Origin: Auanema rhodensis
Lineage: Eukaryota > Animalia > Nematoda
Reading direction: 5' to 3'
NCBI GenBank assembly: GCA_964057225.1
Contig: OZ059894.1
Location: 15,562,001-15,626,000, forward strand
DNA length: 64,000 nucleotides
A model generated the notes under the pieces. That model saw only the letters and a list, made by a program, of their open reading frames with translations, did not search any database and had not been told where the DNA came from. Shown one piece after another: positions 62,881 to 64,000 of this stretch; position 1 is the first letter of the stretch; the number at the start of each line of letters is the position of its first letter. A program made the position numbers and the translations under genes.

Positions 62881-63464
62881 ATGAAGGCTGTCATACAACG
62901 AGTAAGTAAAGCTTCTGTTAAAGTAGGAGATGAAATTGTGAGTTCGATTCAAGATTTAACTTTATTATTTGTCTTTAATAGGTTGGCTCTATAGGAAAAG
63001 GGTTATGTGTTCTTGTTGGCATTAATAACAAAGACACTGACGATGATATGGAATATATTGTGAGAAAAATATTAAATACTAGATTGTTTGATGGAGATAA
63101 CAAACGGTGGGATAAGTCGGTAAAAGATACGAATTTAGAAGTGCTATCTGTCAGCCAATTCACTCTAGATGGATTTTTGAAAGTAGGTTTGTTTGCTCTG
63201 GAATTTCATATTTGTCAGCTGCTTTTAGGGAAATAAATTAGATTTTCACAATTCCATGGGGCCCGAGGACGCATCTAAGTTTTATTCACGTTTTTTAGAA
63301 CGACTTAAGAAGGATTACAAGCCTGAACTGATTCAGGTTTCATTTCATATATTGTTTAAGATTTGAATTTTTGAGTTCAGGATGGACGATTTGGAGCTAT
63401 GATGAGCGTTGATATATCCAATGATGGACCAGTAACTATTATAATAGATAGTCAAAAAAAATAG
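62881..63464 (+). CDS. DTD1: D-aminoacyl-tRNA deacylase DTD1
   Basis: MKAVIQRVSKASVKVG, GLCVLVGI, signature SQFTL, GRFGAMMSVDISNDGPVT (Gly-cisPro motif). Three introns; TAG at 63462-63464. Confidence 0.95.
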
Positions 63465-64000
63465 TTCGAACCCTGAAAATTTTGATTTTTTGATACAAAT
63501 TGTTATTCTGTATTATCAATATAAACAAATAATATTAACATGTTTATGCTACAAAAGGCATACAACAGAAATTATCTGCGGAAGATAACTTAAAGATATA
63601 TTCACAAGACGAATAAAAAATTAATTCATCCATGAGCCAAGACAAGTTGGAAGTCAAGGAACGATTAGATCTTACTTTTTTTTTAATTTCTTCAGTTTTT
63701 GTGTATCATAAAAGTTGCTAAAACACAACTACTATTCGCATGAGGACTTCTCATAAGCGAAAGATCTTAGGGCAATACCCTAAAGGAATAGAGATCACGA
63801 CGGAGATCATAAGATAAGTTACCCCTTCCGATCTAAAACATTATATGTTGATGGATTTCGAGAAAAACGGATTAGGATAGAATAAAAGAAACATGAAGTA
63901 CATGTGGGAATAATAACAAAGAACAGTCTATACGCTATTAAATAGAAGTATATATGCAAATGCAAGCTGATAATGCTCTGCTTTTAGAGATTATCTTTGT

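Noticed and set aside
1-64000. tRNA, rRNA, transposase or reverse-transcriptase genes
   Set aside because: None recognised by eye on either strand; tRNAscan-SE and RepeatModeler would be needed to exclude degenerate copies.

Overview
AT-rich eukaryotic DNA, almost certainly a rhabditid nematode: TTTCAG-type acceptors, very short 40-50 nt introns, and hil-1-, cpg-4- and sel-10-like genes. The species cannot be named from the sequence. I hand-spliced about 16 protein-coding genes. In order: sel-10/FBXW7, CCA-adding enzyme, a quiver/Ly6 GPI protein, linker histone hil-1-like, an SGNH hydrolase, two uncharacterised genes (one with a perfect X-box), usp-39, an F-box-like gene, a secreted Glu/Thr/Tyr repeat protein, cpg-4-like, a membrane-anchored rhodanese, eif-3.K, an ankyrin + GH20-like protein, a gene nested antisense in one of its introns, and DTD1. 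Two long gene-poor regulatory stretches lie at about 5.6-16.2 kb and 34-42.8 kb. The top finding is a candidate telomerase RNA of about 390 nt (28561-28949) inside a 477-nt intron of an apparently non-coding host. It has a CUAAGCCUAAGC template complementary to TTAGGC repeats, a perfect 9-bp enclosing helix, a CR4/5-like multi-helix domain and a 3' H/ACA hairpin. Other leads: the unannotated 4-exon nested antisense gene, an antizyme-like uORF/+1 arrangement in front of hil-1, and a possible Kizuna-like ciliary gene. All exon boundaries and RNA helices were derived by eye and need computational or RNA confirmation.
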